NCBI GenBank assembly: GCA_977862235.1
Contig: OZ374559.1
Span: 2,108,001-2,172,000, forward strand
Reading direction: 5' to 3'
Source: Dudresnaya verticillata
Taxonomy: Eukaryota
DNA length: 64,000 nt
In this document: positions 50,001 to 63,103 of the stretch, one piece after another
Layout of the letters: each line of letters starts with the position of its first letter
Position numbering within the stretch: the first letter of the stretch is position 1
Program-made: the position numbers and the translations under genes
Notes under the pieces: generated by a model
Databases searched by the model: none
Told to the model about the DNA's origin: nothing
Seen by the model: only the letters and a program-made list of their open reading frames with translations

Positions 50001-51975
50001 TTTCATAGTGCACGGTGTTGCATCGGTACCCCATTTTACTTGAAAATGGATGCATCACATTACCTTCTTTTTCTCTCTCCCTTGCCGCTCAGGGATAGAA
50101 GTAGGTAATGGACAAGGCAAGTTGCCCCTCCTTGCAACGCTTCGCGCATCTCTGGCGCTTCTCTCCGTGGACTCCGTTCGTGCCTCGCATTTACTCCAGC
50201 TTCAGCAAGAATATACAAAATGCGGACCAAACAGTCCATGCCGGGCGGGCCACAAAAAATGATCTGCAGCCAGCAGATCTATTTAGAGGTGTATACGCTG
50301 TCAACGCTGTCGTTGTTGTCCGTGCTGTTGTACGTGGGATACTCGGGGTCTGAAAAAGCCTAAAACCTAAATGTCTAATAAAGATTGCCCATACAAGTAA
50401 GTGTATACACTGTACACTTGTGTACACGTGGAAAACCTCACTTTGACAACACTTTTAGGTCTCTGCTGAAGCTAGAGAACACTTGTCAGTAGTTCACACG
50501 TTCCTGCTATTGAGTAAGTCATGGTGGCCAACCAATGATTATTGAGTCCTCGTTGTCGTCTAGTTGCCGATAGTTATCATCTCTCTACAGATCACGACCA
50601 GTGGTAATAGAATATCTGTTTGTTGCTACATGCTCCGTGTACGTAAATTACGTGCACCTGCAATTGATTTGTAGAAGGAATAATGCTTGCAGTGAACTGC
50701 GCTGCATTGAAGAAGTAAATCACGCTTTGGGTTCCCGGAACCGCCACCCCATTTAAACGTAACTACGCGCTTGCTGCGGCGCAGCTCCATCCGACGCATT
50801 GGATCCTGTCGTAAAGTAGCTGAAAATAGGTTTGTTGCTTATTCATTTTGCTGCAACGGTCGATCGCGATGCTTCTTACAGCAAAATAGGCCTTTTTACC
50901 ACTACTGACCTTGTGCGGTGCTTTTTTGAAGGACCACGGAACGATTCTTGATATGCTGTGGATACCGGAAATAACAGAGAGGTCTGAAAGAGTTAGAACA
51001 AATCCCGTTCGAGTCAATCTCTTGATAGTTGCAACAGAGACGGCGAAAGTTGAAGTTCGACCCCACGCGCAGCTGGCAAACATGGTGTTGGAAACCCTTC
51101 GCGGCACGAATAAAAACAAACTATATCAAGTTGTTCTGCATAAACTATACAATTCCCCATAAACGTCTCCATTCTCTATTCTATGAGCTCTCTATTACGC
51201 GACTGGTTAAAGTGAAGAGGCAATTTCATGATAATCCTTCTGATGTGAGTATTTGCAGGTCAAAAGGGCTAAAGAGTGTGATGGACAGAAGCAATGGTCC
51301 GAAGGCCGACTAGAAAATGAACTGTTTTCGTAAGAAGAAACGGGACCTACGGAAACTAGTTGCGCAGGCAAATGAAGCTATGGTCTCGATAATATTTGAC
51401 ATGTCGAAAAGAACTGAATGTACAGTCCTTCCCGAGCGATGAGTGTAACCAATTCTACAAAAACAGCTTCAGTAACACTGTAGAAATTTGAAATCAACTT
51501 TTTGGGTGAAACATCACTTTAACCAAGGCGTAAAGGGGGTCCCGTAAGGGGATGGGAGTACAAGGAAGGATTGGGGGCGCTGATAAGAAGCTGACGGTTC
51601 ACAGTAAGCCGTAAATATTGAAACACAAACGAAACTAGACGAGTGAGAAGGGAATTCTTCTCGACAAGCGGATTCGAGCCTTTCTTGTCTGCGAAAAAGT
51701 TTGCAAGTGTTTGCAGTCCAGAATAAAAGCTGATTCCAACTCGACCTTAGATATCCATTACTAGCGGATGAAGGGTGATTCCATGAACACGACAAAGATC
51801 ACAATAGATACTTGTTGGACGATGCATGAGAATGTTTCAAAGCAAACGTTTAAAGTCTCAATCGCTCTACCAGTTGAAATGACTAACTAAATGCAAAGAG
51901 TAATCCTACAGTACAGTGGCGTACTGATTAATGAAATGAACGCGGATGAGACAAGATCGAAGTCTTAAGATCATA

Positions 51976-52334
51976 CTAATGACAATCATTATTGTGGTGC
52001 TGGCAGAAACTAGAGCTCTGGTACCAAGGAAGGCAACAGATCGGATAGCATGACTGGGCCAGAGTACCAATGCCTGCAAGGCGAACGTGAATAGTACAAG
52101 ACATTTCAGAAGGTCAGCAACGGGGAGAGGCACGTTACGATCGTTCTCTAGGTCTTTCTGATGTTTCTTCTGCGCTAACTTACATGGATTATAATCGCCA
52201 AACAGGTCAACAAGGGTCCAATCTTGCCTCACGATAGTGTTTCCGTTGCCAAGCTTGCGGTGCTTCTCCACAATGGCAGCGGAAGAGTGACCACAGAAGA
52301 TGATAGAGAAGGCGATGAAAATGATGAACTTCAT
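51976..52334 (-). CDS. Spliced secreted 6-Cys peptide; complement(join(51976..52073,52139..52334)), 97 aa
   Basis: Signal peptide MKFIIFIAFSIIFCGHSSA and pro-segment ending TIVRQ. A 65-nt intron GTAACG...GCTGAC...TTGCAG gives exon 2 = IGTLAQSCYPICCLPWYQSSSFCQHHNNDCH*. TATA-like box at 52438-52449. Confidence 0.78.
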
Positions 52335-55300
52335 GGTTGTTCTTGAGTACAAACGAAATGACTTGGAAGAAAAGTCTCTCGATGTTGGTTGATTTTGGTG
52401 TGAGGATAGGTTTCGAACAATAACAGGCAGTCGGAAAGCGTTTAAATACTGCCCGACCGGATGGAAATCGCTTTTCATTCTACATAGTCGGAAACTATGA
52501 ATCCATCAGCAAAAGAAGCCCAAATGCATCATAGGACTCGAAACTAGAACTGAAGAATTCCTTCGGAATGCATCACTGAATGCACGGAAATCAGTGTCAT
52601 GAAATGGGAGGGGGCCGCAAGTCACCTTGTAGAAGTCCCTTCCTTGAGCTACGAATGAAACTTACTGAAAGGGCAAGCATGTCGTCTCTCTTCCATGACA
52701 AAAGAAAGTGATACAGGTAGCAACGGAGCAATTTCGAAGTAGATTTGATACGAATAGATTAGGGCAAGAAAGTATTCTAGGCGTTTGAATGTTGTTGCAC
52801 GTATAGCGAAAGCCTGTTTTTGATGAAGAAGTTGGTAAGAAATTCTTTTACGTCCAAAGTAAAAGCATGTATGTAAAAGAAGGCTTTCCTATTTATCACC
52901 TTGTACCTATGGTTACACGTTCTTGTTGCAAGCTTTCTCCTACGGTGAGGAAGCCTTGCGATAGAGAACTATTGCGCAAGGATGGATGAAAATTATACTA
53001 TCGACCCCGCACATTTTGCCGAACAGCTTGTGTTCGATGTAATAACATCTGTTTCCGCCTCCGTCAGCAGATGCTTGGACAATCCAGACGAGGAGAAAAC
53101 TGCAACTGACTTACTTTTACAGAAAGCAATCCTGCAAGACGAGGATAGGATCTGTCTCGTAGGGAAAGGTGGAAAACGTGTTATCATCAGAGGTTGTTGT
53201 GAGAGTGTATCCGAACAAAATACAAAGTGCGATGGAGCCACAATACCTATTCGCGGGGCTAGGCATCGATGCTGGTCGACAGGTAAAGAAAACTGGAAAG
53301 CTGGATGAGAGAGTTTCACTAAGGCCTTGAAATCGACATGTCGTCGATGAAATGGAGGACCTGTATGTATCGATAATGGGACTGCATGTAAATATCATTG
53401 GGACACGTTTAGACCTCGATCAGCCTCTCATATCTGCAGTCGACCTACAGGCAGTGCATTCGATCTATGCGCTAGGAGGTTAACAACAAGTCTTCTCACG
53501 ATACATGGCCATTACAACGGGAAGAAGATTTCAGATATCGGTCACCGAGACTGTTGCCCGTCTGCAATCCGCCGTCTTATTTACGCATATTCCACTGCCA
53601 AAGCCCAGAGGTGCATGATACATTCTCAAACCCCACACTCTACTTACATGCCGATGTCAAGCTTCTATGACACCCAACGGGACAGCAAGTCAACATCGGA
53701 TCAGTCGTATTGGGTGTGGATTGGGGTTACAATATTCATTGTTACACCGTTGCATGAGCAATTGCGTGGGAAATGGCGATACTTCTTCTCGATCTTTCGA
53801 ATTTGCCCTTATGGGGTTTCAGTTTGACATTGTGATAAAGTTTCGCGCCGCCATCATCTTCTTGTACATTATGGTGTTGATGCCAGTGTAGCAACATTGT
53901 GGTCTGTACAGTAGCAGTTGCGAATTGCAGTGTTTTCTTATCTGATTGATGATCGTTGCTCCAGCTGTGCCCTTGTGCATTGATCCAAATGCCATGCGGT
54001 TTTGCTGAGGAAGCGACCCTACTGGGATTCCAGGAAACCCATTACGTTAGCCATGCGGAAGATTGATCGCAACAAAAGGTTATGAGTTGCTGTTGATTCC
54101 CCGAGTGCTTCGTGAAGCCCCCTGGCATTGTCTACTACGAAACATTCCACTTCTCTCTTGTACAACCCATGTTGAGGCTGCTGGCGTACCCAATCCCAAC
54201 TCCCACCTCCCTCGCACCCTTAAGGCAAACAATTAAACGAATCTGTGGCAATGGACTCCAACGCACTATGTCCTCCGACACCCCCCAAACAGATCGTTAG
54301 GTCTAGTTCTAGATACGTAGTGTGTTTTCCAATAGTCCGTTGACGCCGAGGCGGCAAGTGCACTCTAAATTGTGTTCAGTATAATTTATCATCACTTCTC
54401 TCTTGTCGGCAGACAAAGCTGAGCTGCTGCTATTCTCATAGAATTTTCTCCGGCTGTATATGTTTATTCGCATTTGCACGCATGTCAAAAACGCCACCAA
54501 GGAACTATGTGGTGGAGCACTCCTTTTCTCACGATAACGATTTCATACGTTTTATCCTCTATAATTTAAAGTGCGTATGCTTAAGCTTAAGCCTCGTGAA
54601 CATAAGGGGAGAGAATACATATGGCATTCAATGGGTGCTTGCGTAGTCGGCTCTAGTGTTACTTCGGCCTATTGGTTGGGGTGTAGTGTCGGCCATGATA
54701 GGTGCTGATGTGGTGAACGGCAGTAATCCAGTGTCCTTGATACTGTCGCTAATCTCTTGCACATGATTCGTCATGATCGTATCTCACCGGAGGAGTTGCA
54801 GTCGAATGGGGATGCGGCATCTCTCACGGCCGAAACCGCTGCAGGGAGGTATTGGAAAGGTGCCAGTCTCTCACGGCAGTGCTCCCTGCAACATCTTCAC
54901 GACTGCAGCAAGCAAGGCAAGATAGCAGCGCTTGTTCGATCATCGACCTCCTCTTTCCTCTGTCGCGGTTTTCCTCTGTCGCGGAGCGTTTTGGCGGGGT
55001 GGGGCACGCTCCCGCTCCAAGATTGCCAAGCTTGGAGCGTGCCCCCAGCTGCACAACACTCCTCAATCTTCCCTAAGTTCTCATTGGGTGCTCCACTCGA
55101 GAGGCATATTCCTCAGCAAACACCCCCCACCGCATTTTCGGCCACTTTTGGGTCTCGCAACCGCAGCTGCGCGCAGCTCGAAACGCCTCCACACCTCCCC
55201 CGCCCCGCCCTGGCACCGGTAAACTCCTCTCGCTGCTTCCGATCATCTCCCCCGCGACACAATGTTTCGCACCCCACGCAAAAATGAACATTCAATCCTC

Positions 55301-55680
55301 CGCCTGTGACAGCAGCCGCCGCCGCCGAGGTTTCAGGACGGAAGGATGTCGGCGGCTTCTCGGTAGGAATAGGTTAGAAAGTAGGACGAATCGTGAATTG
55401 ATGTTGGCTAAGCTACACAGCTATGGACGTTGGACAAGGCAATCGAGCTGGAAATGAATTGACTCATGACATGGCGGAAGACAGATGACGAATAGGACGC
55501 TTTACCGCCGAGTTAGCATTTACTAGTTGCAATTAGAGGGACCGTTGCATTTGAAAACAACGACGTAGATTGCAAGAGCCCCAGCGGGTTGAGACCATAA
55601 ATAGAGCGGAAGTTGGGTGCTCTACTAAAATAAAGCATATGTACCGAAGAATGAACAGGGCCGCGAGCCAACTCGCGAGA

Positions 55681-57340
55681 AGAAGTGATGTTGTTCTTTA
55701 ATTGTGGTTTATAGTGGTCCTACGCGGGCAGCTTAGGCCCATGTGCAGGCGCACTTGAGGGTCCGCAAAAAAAGGGGGCTCGTGGACTTATGTATGTATG
55801 TCTTGTTGCGTGCTATGGGACTATGGGCTATCTTTCACGAGGGCACATTATGGCGGTGGGGGACGGGGGGTGGATGATCTTGTGCGCATAGTCGGCGGAT
55901 TTTGTCAATGGCGGTGGAGATAGCGGTAAGGTCTGAGGGGCTGTTAGCGGGGTGTGACAATTTTTGAAGGACTGCGGCTTGTTCACGAAGTTCTGAACGT
56001 GTGACTGCGCAAGAGGGTGGAATTGGGAAGGTGCCAAGATGCCACCGAACCGCAAGCTTACGGTCGCGGTGGTTAGAAAGCCTGAGCGCGGGGGGTAGGG
56101 ACGATGTGTTTTGGACCGGCGCAGACCGCCGGCCTGCGACGGCCGACTTCCATGCGGCAAGGATCCGCGCCTGGATGACAGGATGTGGCGTGGGTGTTAG
56201 GGTTTGTTCCATCTCCGGAAGACTCCGTAAGGCACGCATAGTTTCCTTGGCATGCCACGCTGATGGAAGATGGCTTCTGGAGAGTTTGGAGAGTGCAGTG
56301 ATCCACTTGGTTTGTATTGCTGCTTGTCTGAGCAACGGGGGAGGGAATCTGAATAATGGTCGGAGTCTGGCGATTCTCCGCGTTGACAGTCGGGACGACT
56401 GCTGCGCAATACAGATGCGGACGAATTGGGAGTCTAGTTGATCGATTGAACTGAGGATCGGAGGGTCGAAAGGTACGAGGGCAATACAGTGCTCATAGAC
56501 TGGGCGGACAAAGGAGTTGTACACGAATTGGGCTGCATGGGCGGGCATGGATGATGACAGGGATCCAGTGTGCACCAGTGACGTTACCATAGCTCGCGCT
56601 GCAGTTAGCCTTTGCAGGGTTATTTTGTTTCCCACTCCGGTTGCTGAGATGTCAACGCCGAGGTACCGCGTTGATTGTTGATGCGGTATCTGTATCTTAT
56701 CAATGTGGAACAAGGATGTCATCGCCCTTCCCCTGTGTCGTGTGGGTAGTATGATCGAGCATTTGGGCACCGACCACTGCATTCCGAATGAATTGGCCCA
56801 TTCATCACACACAGCAAGGGCAAGTCGGGGCTCAGTTGGGGATGACACATGCAGGAGACAGTCATCCGCGAAGAGGCGGCCCGGCAGGTTTGCATCCGAT
56901 CTGTTGAGTTGGGTGCAGAATCTGTACGCGAGGACGTCTATGAAGAGGTTGAACAGTATTGGGCTTAAGGGTGAGCCCTGTACCACGCCCGTACGGATCT
57001 CGATGTAGGTACCAGTAGCGTCCCCGACCGTTCTTATACGTAACGGTCCGAGCAGCGTGGTGATCATCGCAATTAGATGGGGGTAGCCGATCCGCGCAAA
57101 GATTCAGGAGCTTCGTCCTATCGACCCGGTCATAGGCGCTTTTGAGGTCTAAGACTGCTGTGTAGTCGTCTCCCGAGCGTTGGGCCGCTATTGCCATTGC
57201 CACTGCCATTTCCGTCCGGTTGTTTGGCGAAGTTCCTGCTGCCCTTATTCGTCGATAAGCTCTTGCCCTTCGGCGGCGTAATGGGTCCAAATTTGGGGGG
57301 CAGTGTGGCTTGTTAGTTCTGGCTGAGTGGGAGGGCAGCA
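55681..57340 (-). mobile_element. 5'-truncated LINE RT (frameshifted)
   Basis: VLDLKSAYDRVDR, GVVQGSPLSPILFNLFID, LFADD, RYLGV and RWHLGTFPIP. The stem-loop is at 55707-55754. Confidence 0.93.
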
Positions 57341-58199
57341 TCTTCTAGGGCTTTTGTAGAAGCTTTGGGAGCTCATCCATGATTTTCTTGGCCTCATGGT
57401 GATTGTTGGCATTTCTAAGTCTCCGAATGTATGTCGGTAGTGTATTTTCGTAGGCATGTCGCACTATGTTATGGTATCGGGGGTTAGTAAGGAACGGTTT
57501 TGTGATTCTGCAGCTTCGTTTCTCGGGGAAATGATCGAGCTGCAATTCACAGCACGAGGTGGGCTGTGGTTGGCGCTGCGGAAGTTTTATCAGGACCGGA
57601 GCGTAATCACTAGCCCCTTCCCATTCTCCTGCTGCAACAAACGGGTAGAGGGGTCCCGAGGCATTGTACAGGCAGATATCAATGGTAACACAGATTTCCG
57701 GGTTTTCAGAATCTGTGTCGCGAATCAGTCTGAAAAAATGTTAATGGAATGAAGATTTCTATATCGCGTTGGACTGGGAAGAGGGAGCTGAGAAGAATGG
57801 TGGAATCGGTTTTGGGATAGCATGCACGGTTGCGGAGTTGCAGCATACCGCAAATACGGGTAAATGTCCCCGAAACTTTCGTGAAAGTTTCGAAACTTTC
57901 GGAATTTCTGGATTAAAATTTAGCCAGAAATTGCACTGCCGCCTGCTGCCCTCCCGGGCGCGCCTGGCAGCGCACTGACGCTCGTGCTTCAGCACGATTG
58001 GCCCCGCCCGCCGCATCCCCGGCCCGCCGTGAGCTGCGACCAAGGGCGCAGTGTCGCCCCGCACGACTGGTACTGCTTGGCCGCCAGGGTAAATCTGGGG
58101 TAACCCAGTCGTGCGCGGTGCTCACGCACTCACGTGCTGGTACCAGTACCACCCCTTCCCATGCCCATCATTCCACTCCAAGGTCCACTGCGGCGCGCT

Positions 58200-60195
58200 C
58201 CTCGCACAGCACCTCCTCCCCGCATGCCCTATCAAATTTCACCTGCGCCTGAAGCTCACCACGTTCACGGATCACATCCGTAATACCACTGTAACACCTA
58301 GCACCCCCTCCCCACAGCCGTTCGCTGTGCCACCCACTTTCAAGCACAGCCTTTTCAAGGCTATTAACGACGCAAAACCTGGAAAACCTGTTGGCGTGGA
58401 CAACGTACGCGTGGAAATGCTGAAGCTGACGCCTAAGCTGGCGGCCGCGCTCCTCACGGACGTTTGGCGACTTTGCGGCATGTACAGTATCCTTCCTGCC
58501 GAATGGCGAAATGGATTGCTCATTCCCCTTTACAAGCGCGGCCCCGAAACGAGCCCGCAAGCTACCGCCCTATCTGCCTTTTATCGCATCTCCGGAAGCT
58601 CATTGAGCGTGCAATTGCCATTATGATAGGGAAGCACTTCACGTCTCATCCCATGCAGCTTGGCTTCCAGGCTGGGCTCGGTACCGATATGGCTCTGGTA
58701 CATGCGCAAGATTCTATACAGAACAACGACGATTACATCGCTGTTCTTGACCTTAATAGCGCGTACGACGGAGTGGATCGTAATAAGCTGTTAACCCTCT
58801 GCCATGCACTGCTACCAACAGCCATCGCTGCGATGATTAGCTGTACACTCGGCCCATTGCAAGTTTCAACGGCCAGCGACGCGACAAGACATACCGCTAT
58901 GGTCCGCAATGGCGTCATACAGGGCTCCGCGCTCAGTTGCGAGCTGTTCAACTTGTATATCGATCCACTCGCAGTGGCAATTTGTCATGAACTCCGACGC
59001 GGCCCGCAGAAGCTACCGGGAAGGCTTCTGGCCGACGATTGCCTCCTCCATGTGGACTCAGTCGCCTCCCTTCGCGCCGCGCTACGCGTCTGCGGTAATT
59101 GGGCCAGCGATAACAACATGGTCTGGTACTCCACGAAGTGCTTCATTCTTCTACCGACTCGCCATGGCCGCCGCCCTACGTCTGCAAGACTGCAGCGTAA
59201 TGGAGAGGATTTAATTGTAACGGATTCCGCGACCTACCTTGGAGCTGAAATCACGACCACGGGAATTGGCTCCGCCTCGACTGTCGCTCGTACCCGGAAG
59301 ACAAAGAGGCTTCTGGGCAACCTCAAGCGTCTCCGCCACGTATCCTCTTCGATGCCAGTAGCCGCCTCCAGGTCGATGTTTCGCTTGTTCTTGCGACCCG
59401 TCTACGAGTATGCCCTCGCCGTCTCTCCACTCGACGCCCTCGCCCTACAACACATCGGGGACGCTGAATCTTGCTAACTCCGCACTGCCATAGGGCAACG
59501 GTCCTAGTCCATGCCGCGTCGTCGTTTATCGAAGCTGCGTGCCCTGTTCAGCATCATCCACCCCGCCGACAGACGGTCCGATCTACAGAGAATGTTGGTA
59601 CTGCGCCTACGCCGGCTCTCATCTTCCCGCTCCCCTAAGCTCTCCTGGGCTGCCCGCACGACCCTAGATGCCCTCTCGCGCTCGCCTGACCACCCGCTTC
59701 GTAGCGCCGTTGCCTGCCCCAAGTCCGCAGCTGCACGGCACGCCCTGCATCTGCTGCGCTGGCGCATTTACCTCGAAGGGCGACGACCTGCTCCTGTTTA
59801 TACGTCTGACCGCCTTGCTCCCACTCTGGAACTACCTGTGTCCGCTCACCGCCATCTCGCAGTCCGCTGGCATCTGGGTACATTCCCGATCCCACCCCCC
59901 GATCCTGCTCTCGCCGCACGCGTCCGAATCGCTTCCACAACACTGGCACTTCTGGGCCAGCCTGCCCCCACCTCGGCCACGCGACGTGACGTCTCCCAGA
60001 GCATTCAAGACATTCGCCGCCGTTGGCTTTCAACGCAGTCAGCCTCCCGACTCCGCCCCTTCAACCCAATAGCACGCATTGAAGATATACAGTCGTTGTT
60101 CCTCCTTCCCATGCGATAGTGTGCGGTCTCATAGGCCTTTTGTTGCCGATGCCGGTGCACTCAAAACCGTCCTATGAAGTTTAATATCACATCCT
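58200..60195 (+). mobile_element. LINE RT pseudogene with 3' end
   Basis: KPVGVDNV..EMLK, IPLYKRG, SYRPICLL, QLGFQ, LDLNSAYD, GVIQGSALS, LLADD, TYLG and RWHLGTFPIP. The stem-loop is at 60119-60167. Confidence 0.93.
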
Positions 60196-60380
60196 CCTCC
60201 CAACACGACACCGTCTACGTCCGTCTTCCTCGCGGTTCCGTATTGCTGTAACATAGCCATTTTCCAGCCTCCCGCTTGCCAAGCGGGAAGTGCGTTCATA
60301 AAAGAGTTCATCAGCCTCAGTAAATTTACTCAACCCCTTTTTCTACTCTATCTATTCATTGCTATCACTTGACATTCTCA

Positions 60381-60758
60381 CTACACTATTAACTCCTCTT
60401 CATCTTCGCTTCTTAAGGGGTTCGTACAGCTCCAAAGCTCCGCGCATACCGAGCGCACAGCTCTGGCGACAGCCGTCCTAACCGCCGTCGCTTCCCGCCT
60501 CAAGTGGCTGTAGCAGTGCATGAGGAATTTGAATTCCTCCATGCACTCGCGAGCCTCCCTTAAACAGTCCATCACGATGTCGCGCTGGGCGCGCACATCG
60601 ATGCGAAGTAGTACCACTTGTTCGTATGCTTGTCGGATTGCGTTGCGGGTCATGGTAGGTGTTGGCTGTGCAGGGGGATGCAGGTCGACTTCCATCTTTA
60701 ATTCTGTAGACTGTGGACTGTCGCAGACAAAGCCGGTCACCTGGTGGAGTTGGAACAA
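60381..60758 (-). CDS. Hypothetical helical protein
   Basis: ORF with protein-like amphipathic composition and an acidic tail. No family recognised. Confidence 0.3.
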   Translation of the reverse strand: MFQLHQVTGFVCDSPQSTELKMEVDLHPPAQPTPTMTRNAIRQAYEQVVLLRIDVRAQRDIVMDCLREARECMEEFKFLMHCYSHLRREATAVRTAVARAVRSVCAELWSCTNPLRSEDEEELIV

Positions 60759-61202
60759 GTATCTCAGCAGGGGTTGGGCGCGTCAAGTCAAGAGATAAAT
60801 GTCGACAGTAATGGAAATCCTTTACTACTCATCTACATGGAAAATTCCAAGTCCTGTTATTCGCTGTGACGTTCGCAAAAGGCAATGTGTCATGGCACCA
60901 ATTCCTCGATCTGTGCACCTGGCACCATACGTTGCATTTGTTGGACCTCGTCTTGAAGTATTTTGGAATTCTCGTATGTCACGCGGATGTCGTCATAGTT
61001 TACTTCTGGGGATGAAGGTACCTGTTGCTGGGTAAAAGTTGGACAATGCAGTGCCAGCGGTTTTCTTGCAGCCTTTAATGTATGGGAAGAGGAAAAGAAC
61101 CCCTGAGCTCACAAAGCAAGGAAACGACAGACTATCCAATCGTTACTGCCTTTTTTCATGGTGGTAGTAGTACTACTGCTGCTAATACCTTCACGGAGCG
61201 CC

Positions 61203-61766
61203 TCATTCGTACATTCGAGTCAAATTGTTGACCTGAACTGTGAGATGCCTGACTTGCAGCAACCGCATCTCCCTTGCGGTGTTTTCATTCATCTCTACAT
61301 ATCTGGTCTTGAGTAATAGACGGCAGAACCGGTCCAAATGAAAAACCTCTTCTCCAGCCCCGTGGACTGTCTCAGATATATAAGATTCCAGTAACAGAGA
61401 ATTTTCCCCTGCATAGCTTCCCTCCTTCACCATTCGGACTTTTCGGCGTAGTAGGCGATACAATTCGCTAAGACTCCTTGTCTCGTGCCTATGGTTTCGC
61501 GCTTCAGCGTGCGACAGATTCTGGCAGAAACGTTGAAAAGCTTCACTGTCCCTGCCCTCGACCAGTTCGATGCCTGATTCACTCAAAGCTTCGTGAGCCC
61601 ACTGCCTCGACTTTCGGGCCATCTTCATGGACAAACTCCCGTCAATTGTTTTGAACATGGCATCAAGGCGATCCTCAATTGACTCGTCCTGGCATTTTCC
61701 ATCGAATGGTGCCCCGTCGCGATCCACGCTAACAATAGACATGGTTGGTGAAATGTTTGGTTGCAT
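61203..61766 (-). CDS. Hypothetical protein (about 187 aa from ATG 61766)
   Basis: 3' two-thirds of a 283-codon ORF with charged helical composition. Confidence 0.4.
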   Translation of the reverse strand: MQPNISPTMSIVSVDRDGAPFDGKCQDESIEDRLDAMFKTIDGSLSMKMARKSRQWAHEALSESGIELVEGRDSEAFQRFCQNLSHAEARNHRHETRSLSELYRLLRRKVRMVKEGSYAGENSLLLESYISETVHGAGEEVFHLDRFCRLLLKTRYVEMNENTAREMRLLQVRHLTVQVNNLTRMYE

Positions 61767-62560
61767 AGACGAGGAGCGCTTTGTGCAACATGCAACAGGA
61801 CCCTTGCTGCAGCAGCTATGTTTTATATGACCCGTAAATCTATGTCCACGATTTTTCTGCACAAGAATGTTACCAGGAGCAAACTGACCGCAACAGTTGC
61901 GATGTTGTATTGGCGGGAAGTGCTCTGTGTCTGACACACACGTTATTATAGTGTTACGGATTTTGTTGGATGACGAACACGGGTTAGAAAATGGAATACT
62001 ATGCGCAGTTACGCCACTGTACGGTTTTAACGGAGCGGGGTCTCTTAGGGACAAATAGGGGTCGAGACGCTTGACCGTATTAACGTTATGCCTGTACGGT
62101 TCCTATTGTACACCATGGCCATGGATGGCGCTGAGGCCCTCGCCTCTTATTGTTATAGCAGGGAGTGTCTGCTGAATCATCAGGGGTCGTTCCGGGTTTA
62201 TCTGCACAGCTCAATACCACGCGTAAATTATGATGTCACCTGACTAATGACGTAATATACTAATCAAACTGTTACGAAGACGACGGAAATTGATCCACAA
62301 TACGACGATGCTAGTACAGGAACTGATCCCGTCACCCTTCTGTAATCCGTCAGAGGATCCAGAGACTGTCGTCCGAGTAGTAGACGTACTCGTCCCCATG
62401 ACACAAAATTGTCCTATACTGTTCCGTATGATGAACGCAGTCGTTCTATTACAGGAGCAGTGAAATAATGAATGTGATAGTAGTCACAAATGGTTAGGTT
62501 GTACACTCCCACTATTAGGACACAGGAAATAGAACTTTATCAAACTGTTGGCTAACGCCA

Positions 62561-63103
62561 TCACTCCAATGCTTCTTTCAGATCTTGTAGCCTTTTCTTC
62601 AAGAATGGCACATGAACGCAGCACCCGGTGCTACGTCTAATCAGGTTCGCTAGGCGTCGCGGATTTCCCTCGGACTTATCTCCCTCACCATCCATACATC
62701 CGCAGTGAGGGCCCTTCCATAGGTCCAGCAGAGTCAGCCTTTCTACCCTCCGCCGCTCATGAAATTTCTTTCCTCTGTAATTGAACTTATAGTTTCCGTC
62801 GAAGTACTGCTGAGAGACGGAGAAGTCTGCACTTTCAATTGCGCTGACGCCGTACACCCTTTCATGAAACGCTTTGAAAATAGACGTGTCATAGAGACGT
62901 ATTCCTAGCTCTTCCAACCCGACGATACGCATCTGACGCTGTCTTGCCCGACTGACTATACCCACAAACCTCTCCTCTCCCATACGCTCGACTGCCTCCT
63001 TTAAGCTCTCTCCTCCCGAGTTCTTGAAATCGTGTAGGTTCAGGGTCTCGCCTTGTGAGTTGTCGACTTATTCTCTCCCTCCAGAAGCGTTGTGCGACGA
63101 CAT
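62561..63103 (-). pseudogene. Hypothetical protein with C-terminal CxC...CxH (SWIM-like) motif; internal stop at 63068
   Basis: HCGCM...GCCVH. The frame is continuous across the TAA at 63068-63070. Confidence 0.35.

Noticed and set aside
50760..53600. Protein-like fragments at 50911-51313 and 52982-53308
   Set aside because: Possibly pseudogene pieces, but I cannot assign a family or a splice model.
57871..57902. Palindromic CGAAACTTTC-GT-GAAAGTTTCG cluster between the two divergent LINE remnants
   Set aside because: Short and isolated, with no partner terminus found.
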